Source: Eledone cirrhosa (lineage: Eukaryota). From it: a DNA stretch of 64,000 nucleotides. The notes beneath the pieces were generated by a model. It made no database searches. It worked only from the letters and a program-made list of their open reading frames with translations, and was not told where the DNA came from. The position numbers and the translations under genes were made by a program. The stretch is taken from assembly GCA_964016885.1 (NCBI GenBank), contig CAXHJY010001125.1:186001-250000 (forward strand). The letters run 5' to 3'. Below are positions 53,091 to 64,000 of this stretch, piece by piece (the first letter of the stretch is position 1; each line of letters starts with the position of its first letter).

Positions 53091-53286
53091 CAATACTAGA
53101 GAGGTTGTCAGACAAAACTTTAAAGTTCTCTTTACCCTCAGTCACTTTTAATTCAGAGTGACTGCTCTCCTAGACAGGTTGCCTCTGCTAATACAAGTAG
53201 AGCTCATGCCTACCCCATGTAGTCTTATTTATACAGAGTGACTGCTCTCCTAGACGGGTTGCCTTCTCCATACTTTATGGAGCCCA

Positions 53287-53344
<58 letters not shown>

Positions 53345-53681
53345 TATATACACACACACACAAATGCACCCAGTACACCTTGTAAGGTGGCTGGTGATAG
53401 GAAGAGCCTCTTGCTGTAGAAGCCGTGTCCCCCCGCCCCCTAAATGATAATAATAATTGAGAGGACTCTCCTATTATGTCAAGGAATGGCAACCTCTCCA
53501 GTGCTGGTGATCTACATGATAAACTCCCCCAGAAAACACAGTAGAAGTTATTGCTAACTGGAAGGGCATCCAACCATAGAAAACTTACCCAATAAAGGAG
53601 TTCTCTTTCTCTCTCTGTATGTGAGTGTGAATCCTGGGTTCAACCAGGGGTAACCACAGTAAGTTACTCAATATATATATA

Positions 53682-53779
53682 CAGGGTGTCCCCAAAAGAT
53701 GTATGAACACAGGCTGTGCATTCTAATAAATATTGCCTGTACAGGTAATCAAAATGTATATACATTTTTGTGGGACACC

Positions 53780-53782
<3 letters not shown>
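53682..53782. mobile_element. Tc1/mariner-type MITE inserted in (TA)n
   Basis: TIRs CAGGGTGTCCC / GGGACACCCTG with TA flanks. Confidence 0.8.
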
Positions 53783-53813
<31 letters not shown>

Positions 53814-54331
53814 CAGGATGGAATCAGTTTGAAACTACTTGTGTTAGTTGAGTGCGGTTATGTTATAAGAGTCGAGACCCTTCGGCTGAGCTCTTGCCGT
53901 TTCAACAGCTAGTTCCTGGTTCCTTGTCTGGAACTAGGTGTTGAAAAGCAAGAGCTCAGCCGTCGGCTCGGTGGGAGAAAGCGGTAGTAACTTACAAAGG
54001 AGGGACAGATGAAAGCGATCAAACGGGAGTATAGCAAGTAATTAAAAATAAAACATACACCAAGGAGGGATAACTCTTGTAGTTAGAAAGAAATTGAAAT
54101 AAATGAATTGCAAAGTTAAATGCTAGGTTGGCCAAAAATATCAAATTAAACAGGGGAGATAACTTAGCGCTACTGTTAAGGTATTGAAGGAAAGAAATGT
54201 TTCAGAGTTAATTGCTATGGAGGCCAGTTCTTTAGAAGGTGCTTCGTGGCGTGGGGACAGAATTACAGGCGGGTGTTTATAGGCGGGTGTTTAAAGATCT
54301 ATTATTGTATAGTAATTAAATATATACTTAC

Positions 54332-54466
54332 TTCGAGGTAGCATTTTAGCAAAGTTGTGTCAATAATTTGAGCAATCTGTCTTTTGGACTTGATAGTTCG
54401 GTTCATATCACCAATGGCAGTAGTAGTTATTTCTTTGTTAGGTATTTTCATAATATGATAGCGTTT
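54332..54466 (-). CDS. VPS39: VPS39 exon: KRYHIMKIPNKEITTTAIGDMNRTIKSKRQIAQIIDTTLLKCYLE
   Basis: ctcccag / GTAAGT; 135 nt; hallmark IIDTTLLKCYL motif at the start of the Vps39_1 domain. Confidence 0.96.
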
Positions 54467-54536
54467 CTGGGAGAAAAAGAAAAAATTTTAAGATGTAGAC
54501 AACCAGATAATTATAGTTGCTTAACCCTATCATTAC

Positions 54537-54609
<73 letters not shown>

Positions 54610-55547
54610 ACAAAATGGTGTAGGACAGAACAAAGGAGAGACACAAAATAAAAACCTAGTCAGAGGAGGTCACAGAATGTGTGACAAAAGAACTTTGACA
54701 ATACATAAACAACCATAAACAACAATATAATAAATTGAAGTGAAAACCAACAGGTATGTGTTTTTATAGGTAGCATGACCCTCCCAAAGTGTGTGTGTAT
54801 ATATATATATATATATATGTCAGGTCACCAGCTAGTGCTACTGGTAACATGTATCCCAGTACAACCTGTCTCATGGTCGGGTCGTTGGCGACTAAACTGG
54901 CAACCCCACCAAGGTTTCTTGGTGAGGAGGGTGACTTTGGACATCCTGCAGGACTAAAAACAAAACCTGTCAAAGGGCAAAGGAGCTCTAAAGAGTCAAT
55001 GGCCATCCAAAATCACCGGGAGAGATGACCCCTTAGCCTTTGTCAAGGCAGAATTCTAGAAGGAAAACTCTGATATAACACCTGCAACCCTGATGGTACC
55101 CAATGATGTTGACTTGTTCTTCTTTTTGGTAAATATCATCTTGGTTAAGAGAGTGGGACTGGCTTTGTGCAGTGCCTTTGCTCGCTATAAAAGCTTCACG
55201 GCACAGGCATTGCTTTATATCTGGAGATCTCTCTGCACTTGTCGTCACATGGTACCATGGGCCTAGCACTATGTGTCAATAATTGTCACAAGTGTAGTGT
55301 TTGTACCAGAGTTTTCAAGTCGCTGGCTGGACTAAAAAGTCACACTCATTCAGCGCATCGGTAGGAGTTCTCCTACATGGATATAAACTAGTGGCCGTAC
55401 TCGAAAACAAGTTGGCAGCCACCATATATATGGTACCAGGAAAAACAGGAATAATTAGGCAGGAAGAATTGGTCAGGAGATATTTGAGAGTTCATTCCTT
55501 ACCATATGTTTCTGTACAATATCTGTCTACATGCACTGATTGCAAAT

Positions 55548-55739
55548 CCCATGCTCAATCGTAGGCATTACGTAATAAATTATTACACTTCATCAGAAAG
55601 AGAAAAATTGTTATAGTCCAAGGGGAGGTCATCGATTTTCCCAATATAAATGCGATGACCTCCCCTTGGACTATAAAAAATTTTCTCTCTCTAATACAGT
55701 GCAATATTTTATTACGTAATGCATACGATTGAGCATGGG
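55548..55739. mobile_element. Fold-back (hairpin) MITE with piggyBac-like ends
   Basis: CCCATGCTCAATCGTA...TACGATTGAGCATGGG|TTAA; arms about 90 bp. Confidence 0.75.
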
Positions 55740-55949
55740 TTAAGCAGTGAGCCAGAGAAAGAGGATCAAGCAGAATATTAAATAAACATTGAGACACAGT
55801 AGTGGTGAGAAGGGTAAAGGTGGGGCTGCATCAACTAGATTGAGGTGGGGAAACATTCAAGTGACAATTTTAGAAGAGTAAGGGACCACTGAGAGAGAGA
55901 GCGAGAGAAGTTGTTGGGTGTTGCTGAAAGACAGTGTGTCACTAACTTA

Positions 55950-56335
55950 GATAAACTGGAGAAAGAAAAACAGATTTAAGCCTTCCTCTGTTGACATCGA
56001 AGGGTTTCTCCCTACGAACGAAAGGTCAGTTATATGATGCCTGTGTGACATGCGTGATGCTGCAGCATGGTAGTGAGACATGGGCAGCAACTGTGGAGGA
56101 TATGCAATGGCTGGAGAGAAATGAAGCAAGCATGTTCTGTTGGATGGACAAGTTGAGAGAGAGACTGTGTATAAGAGGGATAAGTTGTAGTTTGCGGGAG
56201 AGAAGACTGTGTTGGTATGGCCATCTGATGCACATGGAAGATGACTGCTGGGTGAAGAAGTGACAAGAAATCCTGGTGGAAGGAAGACGCAATAGAGGAA
56301 GACCATGAAAAACATGGGCGGAGGTGGTCAGCCCA
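55950..56335 (+). mobile_element. RTE-type LINE 3' fragment
   Basis: KGQLYDACV..VM..HGSETW...RRLCWYGHLMHMEDDCWVKK. Confidence 0.85.
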
Positions 56336-56505
56336 TGAACTCTTCAGCCGACCCTAATATTTTTATATAAAATAAACTCCAGTAAAAGTAAATAAGATGC
56401 AACCTAGAGAAATATATTTCAGTATTTCAAAGAACTTTAAAGATTACATCTGATAGTTAAGCAAGTAAACAATATAGAGTAGAAAATGTATCTGTAGACA
56501 CATAC

Positions 56506-56648
56506 CTCATTAAGGTAGTCAATAAGTGCCAATAAGGCATTTTCAAGGTCACCACCATCTAATTCAGGTACAGTGTCTGGGTAGGTTAGATCTTTATGGT
56601 AGCAGGAAGGCAGCAGATTAGGGTAGAGACCAATCACATGCGATGGAT
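56506..56648 (-). CDS. VPS39: VPS39 exon: DPSHVIGLYPNLLPSCYHKDLTYPDTVPELDGGDLENALLALIDYLNE
   Basis: tttaaaag / GTATGT; 143 nt; resembles 'DPTHVMGLYPDLLP...LALIDYLTQ'. Confidence 0.95.
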
Positions 56649-57815
56649 CTTTTAAATAATAAAATTATAAATATATGTCAACCATTGTATCAGAAGAACA
56701 ACAGGAAATCTTGAGGAAATTTTACTAATACAACACTGTAGGAAAATATTCTTTAACCCTTTAGCAGTCAAACCGGCCATATCTGGCCAGAATTTTCTCA
56801 CCTCTTTCTGTTCAAACTGGCCGTAACTGACCACTCATACTGATGTTAAGGTATTGTTCTCAAAATAAGAGACAGTCGATTGACTTTTGTCCAGTCGGAC
56901 CGAGGAAACAATGTTTCCATTGGTCTTTCCAATTGCTAAAACTATCTATCGGTCGCAACTCCAGGTAGAACGAGCACCGTGAAACAAAATGTCTTGCTCA
57001 AGGACATAATACATTGCCTGGTCTGGAAATCGAATGCACAACCTCACGATTGCGAATCCAATTCTCTAACCTCTCAGCCACATAGATTTGATATTATGTG
57101 AGATAATTGTGTAAGATAAAGCCTTTACCATGAAAATACAATAGTAAATATAGAGCAATGTAAATGGTAAAGGGTTAAGCCACTGTAAAAATTAAGGGCA
57201 TCCAAAACCAATCAGTTCAGTATTTTAAAGTTTTACGGGTTTTTGTTTTTCTATTCTTTTACTGGTATCACAATTGGACTACAGTCATGATGGAACCCTC
57301 TATAAAGTGGTAGTGCTGGTGACATGGTAATATACACTGAGTACACTCTGTAAAGTGGTAGTGCTGGTGACATGGTAATATACACCGAGTACACTCTGTA
57401 AAGTGGTAGTGCTGTACACTCTGTAAAGTAGTAGTGCTGGTGTCTTGATAAAATACACCCTGTACACACTGTAAAGTGATAGTGCTGGTGCCATGATAAA
57501 ATACACCGAGTACACTCTGGCCAGAATTCTCTTACCTCTTTCTGTTCAAAATGGTCATAACCGGCCACTCATGGTGATGTTAAGGTATTGTTCTCAAAAT
57601 AAACAACATCAAAATCTCGTAGATTCAATATTATGTGAGGTAATTATGTGAGGTAAAGCCTTTACCTCAAAAACACAATAGTATATAGAGTACTGTAAAT
57701 GGTAGAAGGTTAGGAAAGTAAAGGTGGAGGTTCGGACAAACACTACATACTGTAATGTCTCAAACAAACCAAGGTACAATACATTGCAAGATATTTAAGC
57801 TGTGTAAATACAAAC

Positions 57816-57951
57816 CAGTGTCTAATTCCATAAACAACTTCATTGAAGCATCAAACTGGTGCTGACAAAATAAGTGGAATGCTTGTCTGTTCTGGATTTT
57901 TTGTAACCGTTTCTTCTTCTCAGCTTCAGATTCCGATTCCATGTTTTCGGC
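57816..57951 (-). CDS. VPS39: VPS39 exon: AENMESESEAEKKKRLQKIQNRQAFHLFCQHQFDASMKLFMELDT
   Basis: tgtttag / GTTTGT; 136 nt; resembles 'YAFNLFCQKRFDESMQVF'. Confidence 0.95.
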
Positions 57952-58837
57952 CTAAACAATAATTTTACTGGTATTAGGGGACTTTATATAAAATAACTCT
58001 TTCTGTGTGAGTGTGTGTTTATATATAAGACATAAAAGAATAACAGCCACCAGGAAGGAAATCTTGGTTTTCTTCAAACACCCACTTATGGACCCCTCCT
58101 TGATAATGGATGATTAATCCAAACAAATTTAGGAATATTAAATTGCTGAGGAAACTTTTAGTTATTCTTTCTTCTCCCACTTTTATCTCCTTTTTCTCAA
58201 TTCCTTCTGACTTGTTACCCTCGTAATGTAACCCACTTTGCATTGTATGGCTTCCTAAACACACATATCATCTTTTTAAGTTTCTGGTCTGGCAAACCAA
58301 AGATGTGGGCTCGTATCCCATGTAAATCAATACCCATCCTTTTTCTCCATTCAGAGGGTTTTTTAAAATCCCAACTAACAGACTAATTCTATGTAGTCAA
58401 ATACGGTGTAAACACATGTTACTACCTACTTTTCAAATTCGCTAGCCGCTTGTAAACAAAGCTTGCTTTGTGTCTCCCTATTTATATACACACATATATA
58501 TAACGTGGTCTACCTTTCGTGGTAGGGTCTATACTGTAGTTAGAACTCAATGCAATTCCTTAGCAAGTAATTCAGAGATAGGTTCTGTGTTTGCCTGAGT
58601 CAATGTTTCCGATACAGACTCTGATATATTAGATATTAGTTTAATAATTGTTTCTACTTTTGGCACAAGGCCAGCAATTACCCACTACATTACTGGTACT
58701 TTATTTTATCAACCCCGTAAGGATGAAAGGCAAAGTTAACCTCGACGGGATTTGAGCTCAGACCGTAAAGGGACGTAACTATGCTGGAAAGCATGGCGTC
58801 CGACCCTCTACCGATACTGCCAAATAATGATCTAATA

Positions 58838-58881
<44 letters not shown>

Positions 58882-58953
58882 TCATCACCGTTTTACGTCC
58901 GTTCTTCCACGCTAGCATGGGTTAGACGGGTTGTCCTGTTGTGTGCAGTGTCT

Positions 58954-58995
<42 letters not shown>

Positions 58996-59038
58996 AATAA
59001 CAGGAGGCTGGACTGGTGTAATTCCTTAAAGGTTTATT

Positions 59039-59096
59039 ATACTATGAACATTTCAATGACTGAGTTCAGTATGAATCCGGTGACATCATCAGGTAT
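59039..59096 (-). ncRNA. Type I hammerhead motif, sense to the VPS39 intron
   Basis: atac-CTGATGA-(imperfect stem II with ttca/tgaa)-GAAA-tgttca-TA-gtat-AATAAA. Confidence 0.6.
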
Positions 59097-59612
59097 TCGA
59101 AATTTAACCAAGGAATATAATCCATGGGGCTGAAAAGGCAGAGAGACGAGAAGGCAGCCACACATTTATCAGTTTCTAGTTCGGTCGGCTGAATGTATGT
59201 ACATACACACACTGGCACGCAATTTGTCACTACAGTGTCACTAGGGTGTCGGTGAGGTACCTTCCTATTTGAACCAGCTCTCTACACACTATGTTCAAAT
59301 CCCACCAAGGACAACTTTGTCTTTCATCCATTTAAGATCCATAAATAATGTACCAGTCCAGGGGTGATGGATTGGTAGATTTGTAAAAGGATCAGACAGG
59401 TTACTTTGCAGTATCTGATCCAGTTCTGTATGTCTTGAGTTCAAATCCCACCTCCAGGAGTGGCAGATAATGTTAGAAATGATATCAATGAAAACACTTG
59501 GTCCAATCTTACAATTGGCTCTTATTCTGAATTATGACTACTTAAAGACATGAAATATAATTTGAGAAAAACTAAAATAAGATATTGAGGTACTTTGTTA
59601 CAATATACTTAC

Positions 59613-59730
59613 AACTAAACGCAGAGCCAATTCAAATTCTTTAATTTTCACTAAGTCATTCACTTGCTCAGAAATCGGAGCTTTTGTTAACCTCCAACAA
59701 TGATTGTTAGAAGCTACATACACAAGTCCA
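59613..59730 (-). CDS. VPS39: VPS39 exon: (S)GLVYVASNNHCWRLTKAPISEQVNDLVKIKEFELALRLV
   Basis: tttcag / GTAAGT; 118 nt; resembles 'IIYVASNHFVWRL...KQFELALQL'. Confidence 0.95.
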
Positions 59731-59819
59731 CTGAAATAGAATTAAAAAAATAGTTAAAGGTTGTAACAGGAGACCATACTATAAACTATGTCCTTTTCTG
59801 TAGATTTTGCCCCTGATAC

Positions 59820-60285
59820 ATCATCGTCATCATCATCATCATCATTTAACGTCCATTTTTTGCCACGCTAGCATGGGTTAAACGAGTTGTCCCGTTGTAA
59901 ACAAGCCAGATCAGATGACCATGTCTTGCTCATACTGGACGAATTTTGGCTTGGTTTGTACAGCTGGATGTCCTTCTCAATGCCAACCCTATTTATAGTA
60001 TCAAATGGTGCTTTTTGTTATGACACCTACACTACCTCTTTACAGTGTGGACTGGGTGCTTTTTGTCATGGCATCTACATGACCACCTTACAGTGTGGGC
60101 TTGATGTTTTTTGTTGTGGCACCTACACGACCACTTTACAGTGTGGACTTGATGTTTTTTGTTGTGACACCTACACGACCACTTTAAAGTGTGGGCTGGG
60201 TGCTTTTTGTCGTGACACCTAAGTGACAACTTTACAAGTGTGGACTGGATGCTTTTTGTCATGACACCTACATGCCCACTTTTCT
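59820..60285 (-). mobile_element. SINE/LINE-tail element with an internal 48-bp array (about 5 copies)
   Basis: (CAT)n tail at the left, ctggatgtccttc, repeated ctttacagtgtggact. Confidence 0.8.
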
Positions 60286-60609
60286 CAGACCTGTGAAGGC
60301 TAGGATGAAAAGCTTTAAATAGAGAAGGTGCACCCTGGGCATTTTAATGATAGGGGCTCTAGTCGTACTGAGAACAGTAATATGAAATAAAGTATCTTGT
60401 TCAAGAACACACTGATCCAACCAGTCTAAGAATCAAAGCCATGATCTTATGGTCATGTGTCCAACACACTAACCCCCAAAAAGTTTCAAACAGATTGGTA
60501 TCAAGAGGGTTAACAAAGTAAATTCGATTTTAAGATGGAATAAAACAAGAAAGATACTAGCAAATATAGAAAGACTGATACAGAGTGATTTACACCTGAA
60601 TATACATAC

Positions 60610-60730
60610 CTTCCAACACAAATGTATAATGGTTTCGGAAGCTCAATACTCTGGATCATGAGACGTGGTTGAATGGTTCGGACTTCAACATATTTGGGGA
60701 GGACAGCAATAATATATGGAGGGTCGTGGA
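60610..60730 (-). CDS. VPS39: VPS39/Vam6 exon (first in window; end of CNH domain): HDPPYIIAVLPKYVEVRTIQPRLMIQSIELPKPLYICVG
   Basis: tgttgcag acceptor, GTATGT donor; peptide resembles recalled human VPS39 'HQPPYIIAVLPRYVEIRTFEPRLLVQSIEL'; phase matches next exon. Confidence 0.95.
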
Positions 60731-60837
60731 CTGCAACAGATCAATAAATAAGATTATCAACAATAAACAACACTATGACAATAAACACTATCAATGATAT
60801 AAAAACATTATCTATATATATCTACATATAGATAACA

Positions 60838-61795
60838 GTTCACAACTGTACAGCAATGGTGTCTACACAACACTTCACAACTGTACAGCAATGGTGTCTA
60901 CACAACACTTCACAACTGTACAGCAATGGTGTCTACACAACACTTCACAACTGTACATCATTGGTGTCTACACAACACTTCACAACCGTACAGCAATGGT
61001 GTCTACACAACACTTCACAACCGTACAGCAATGGTGTCTACACAACACTTCACAACTGTACAGCAATGGTGTCTACACAACACTTCACAACCGTACAGCA
61101 ATGGTGTCTACACAACACTTCACAACTGTACAGCAATGGTGTCTACACAACACTTCACAACTGTACATCATTGGTGTCTACACAACACTTCACAACTGTA
61201 CATCATTGGTGTCTACACAACACTTCACAACTGTACATCATTGGTGTCTACACAACACTTCACAACTGTACAACAACAGTGTCTACACAACTGTACATCA
61301 TTGGTGTCTACACAACACTTCACAACTGTACAACAACAGCGTCTACACAACACTTCACAACAACAGTGTCTACACAACACTTCACAACTGTACAACAACA
61401 GTGTCTACACAACACTTCACAACTGCACAGCAACAGTGTCTACACAACACTTCACAACTGCACAGCAACAGTGTCTACACAACACTTCACAACTGTACAA
61501 CAGTGTCTACACAACACTTCACAACTGTACAACAGTGTCTACACAACACTTCACAACTGTACAACAGTGTCTACACAACTGTACAGCAATGGTGTCTACA
61601 CAACACTTCACAACTGTACAGCAATGGTGTCTACACAACACTTCACAACTCTACAACAACAGTGTCTACACAACACTTCACAACTGTACAGCAATGGTGT
61701 CTACACAACACTTCACAACTGTACAGCAATGGTGTCTACACAACACTTCACAACTCTACAACAGTGTCTACACAACACTTCACAACTACACAGCA
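60838..61795. repeat. 35-bp minisatellite, about 28 copies
   Basis: unit acaactgtacagcaatggtgtctacacaacacttc. Confidence 0.96.
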
Positions 61796-61884
61796 TTGGT
61801 GAGGCCTGCATCAACTACATTCTGGCATACTTTCCAAACTGTATCCTGACACTTTAGTGTGTCACCAACAATCTCTAGGTGTAT

Positions 61885-62560
61885 CCTGACACTAGTGTGA
61901 CACCAGTAATATTAAGGTGTGCTGTGACACTAGTGTGACACCAGTAATATTAAGGTGTGCTGTGACACTAGTGTGACACCAGTAATATTAAGGTGTGCTG
62001 TGACACTAGTGTGACACCAGTAATATTTAGGAGTGTCACAAAATTAAGACAAATCTTATCAATTTTTCCAAATATTTATCTGAAGTTTATTTCAGATGTG
62101 ACAGTGTGTCTAATTAGATACAGGACTGGTGACAGGCTGTGGTACATGAGATGTGACACAGGTTATGATATATCCGAGATGTGACACGGGTTATAGTATA
62201 TATAGGATGTGACACGGATGATGATATATCTGAAATGTGACACAGGTTATGATATACCTAAGATCTGACATGTTATGATATACCTGAAATGTGACACAGG
62301 TTATGGTATACCTAAGATCTGACACAGGTTATGGTATACCTAAGATCTGACACAGGTTATGGTATACCTAAGATCTGACACAGGTTATGGTATATCTAAG
62401 ATCTGACACAGGTTATGGTATATCTAAGATCTGACACAGGTTATGGTATATCTAAGATCTGACACATGTTACGATATACCTAAGATCTGACACATGTTAC
62501 GATATACCTAAGATCTGACACATGTTACGATATACCTAAGATCTGACACATGTTATGATA
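61885..62560. repeat. 38-bp array (about 4 copies) and 28-bp array (about 14 copies)
   Basis: units gacactagtgtgacaccagtaatattaaggtgtgctgt and tgacacaggttatggtatacctaagatc. Confidence 0.9.
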
Positions 62561-63202
62561 TTCAATTCATTATTTATATACTTTATCAAAATTTCTCTTC
62601 ACAAACAAAATGTGTCATTAAAATAATTATTTTTAAAAAGTATGTCACAAATATGAAAAATTTAGAAAGTTTTATATTTTGAACTTGATATTTAAACCTG
62701 TATTCATGCAAGTTAAAAATAGTACAATAGACAAGAGGTTAAAGTCCTTGGTTAATGACCCTAGGTTATTACAGAGATCACTTTCTATAGTAATGTCATG
62801 TGCTCCTAAGCAAGAAACATTATGCCATGTGTCTACTGAAAAATAAACCTCAATTGAGAAGTTAACATCATAAATGCTGAACAAAGGTTTTGTTGTAAGC
62901 CAGAGAAAAGAACCTCCATGTCAGGGATCCCAAAACTTTTTAGACCATCAATCCCTTCAAGGAAACCTTGAGTCCCCCACCCCACCCTGACTCCCAGGCA
63001 TGTATAAAAACAAATAAGTAAATAAATAAGCCAGTAAACAGAATCTAAAATAAATAAACAATGAAGTCCAATTATATATAAACCAAAAACTTATATAAAA
63101 TACCTTATATTGTATCACATTGTATCAATATTGTAACTATATTGTATTAATATTGTAACTATACTGTATCTATATTGCATCAATATTATATCAATATTGT
63201 AT

Positions 63203-63405
63203 GAAGGCATGTGGCTAAGTGGTTTCGCAATCGTGAGGCTGTGAGTTCGATTCCCAGACCAGGCAATGTATTATGTCCTTAAGCAAGACACTTTATTTCA
63301 CATTGTTCCTTCTACCTGGAGTTGCGGCCGATAGGTAGTATTAGCAATTGGAAAGACCAATGGAAACATAGTTTCCTCAGTACAATTTGACGAAAGTCGA
63401 TCGTT
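63203..63405 (+). mobile_element. tRNA-derived SINE; opposite-orientation copy at about 56870-57085
   Basis: A-box TGGCTAAGTGG, B-box GTTCGATTCC. Confidence 0.8.
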
Positions 63406-64000
63406 CCTAGATTGTATGAATATTGTATGTATATTGTATATATATTGTAACTATATTGTATCACATTCTATCTATATTGTATTTTCCCCTGTTATACAAA
63501 CGCCAAGTTTTAATCCTCAATGTTCAATAAATCACCTAACTCGCTACAAATACAAATTCCCTTGAAATTTATTGTTTTGAAGGCCACATTGAAAAATATA
63601 GTCTCTAACTGGATGGTCAGAAGTGGACTGTCTTTTATAATAAGTCTGCTGGACCCAGGCTAACCTAGAGCTAAATAACACCAATAAACATCTTGTCACG
63701 AATACATTAGTGTGTTAGTTAAAGGATGTTAATACAACAATATAAATAAAACTGATGGCAAGTTGACTAAGTCGTTAGGACATAAAACTAAATACATTGG
63801 TATCTGTTCAAGCTCACTGCACTGTGTTCCAATACTGCCAAGGTGAACTGTGCCTTTAATCCTTTCAGAGTTAAAGTACTGATCCAGGGGCAGTGGATTA
63901 GTGGAATTGTTAAAGAATTGAACAGAATGTTTTGTGGCATCTGATCCAGCTGTAGGAGTTCTAGCTTCAAATCCCTCCTCCATCTGCTAGAAGTTACGAC

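Noticed and set aside
55040-55545. Coding-like unique stretch (also 58030-58330)
   Set aside because: Stops interrupt the frames I translated and I see no recognisable motif; probably decayed TE, but unassignable without a search.

Overview
Eukaryotic, extremely repeat-rich genomic DNA. The SINE/LINE repertoire and microsatellite density suggest an octopus/coleoid cephalopod (inference). The only protein-coding gene I can support is VPS39/Vam6 (HOPS subunit) on the minus strand: 15 GT-AG exons from 60730 down to 21412 (1733 nt, 577 full codons) that splice in frame with no stops. Its 5' exons lie beyond the window, and I could not find the two expected C-terminal exons. Nearly all long ORFs in the supplied track are artefacts of micro/minisatellites. 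The introns and flanks hold about 20 minisatellite arrays (many amplified from pieces of SINEs, a CR1-type LINE or a hAT MITE), tRNA-derived SINEs, RTE/CR1 LINE fragments, piggyBac-, hAT- and Tc1-like MITEs, and several long palindromes. The main unannotated signal is about 10 type I hammerhead-ribozyme motifs from several sequence families, of the kind known from Penelope-like elements. They show stem covariation; several lie sense to the VPS39 pre-mRNA, and several are built into fold-back palindromes.
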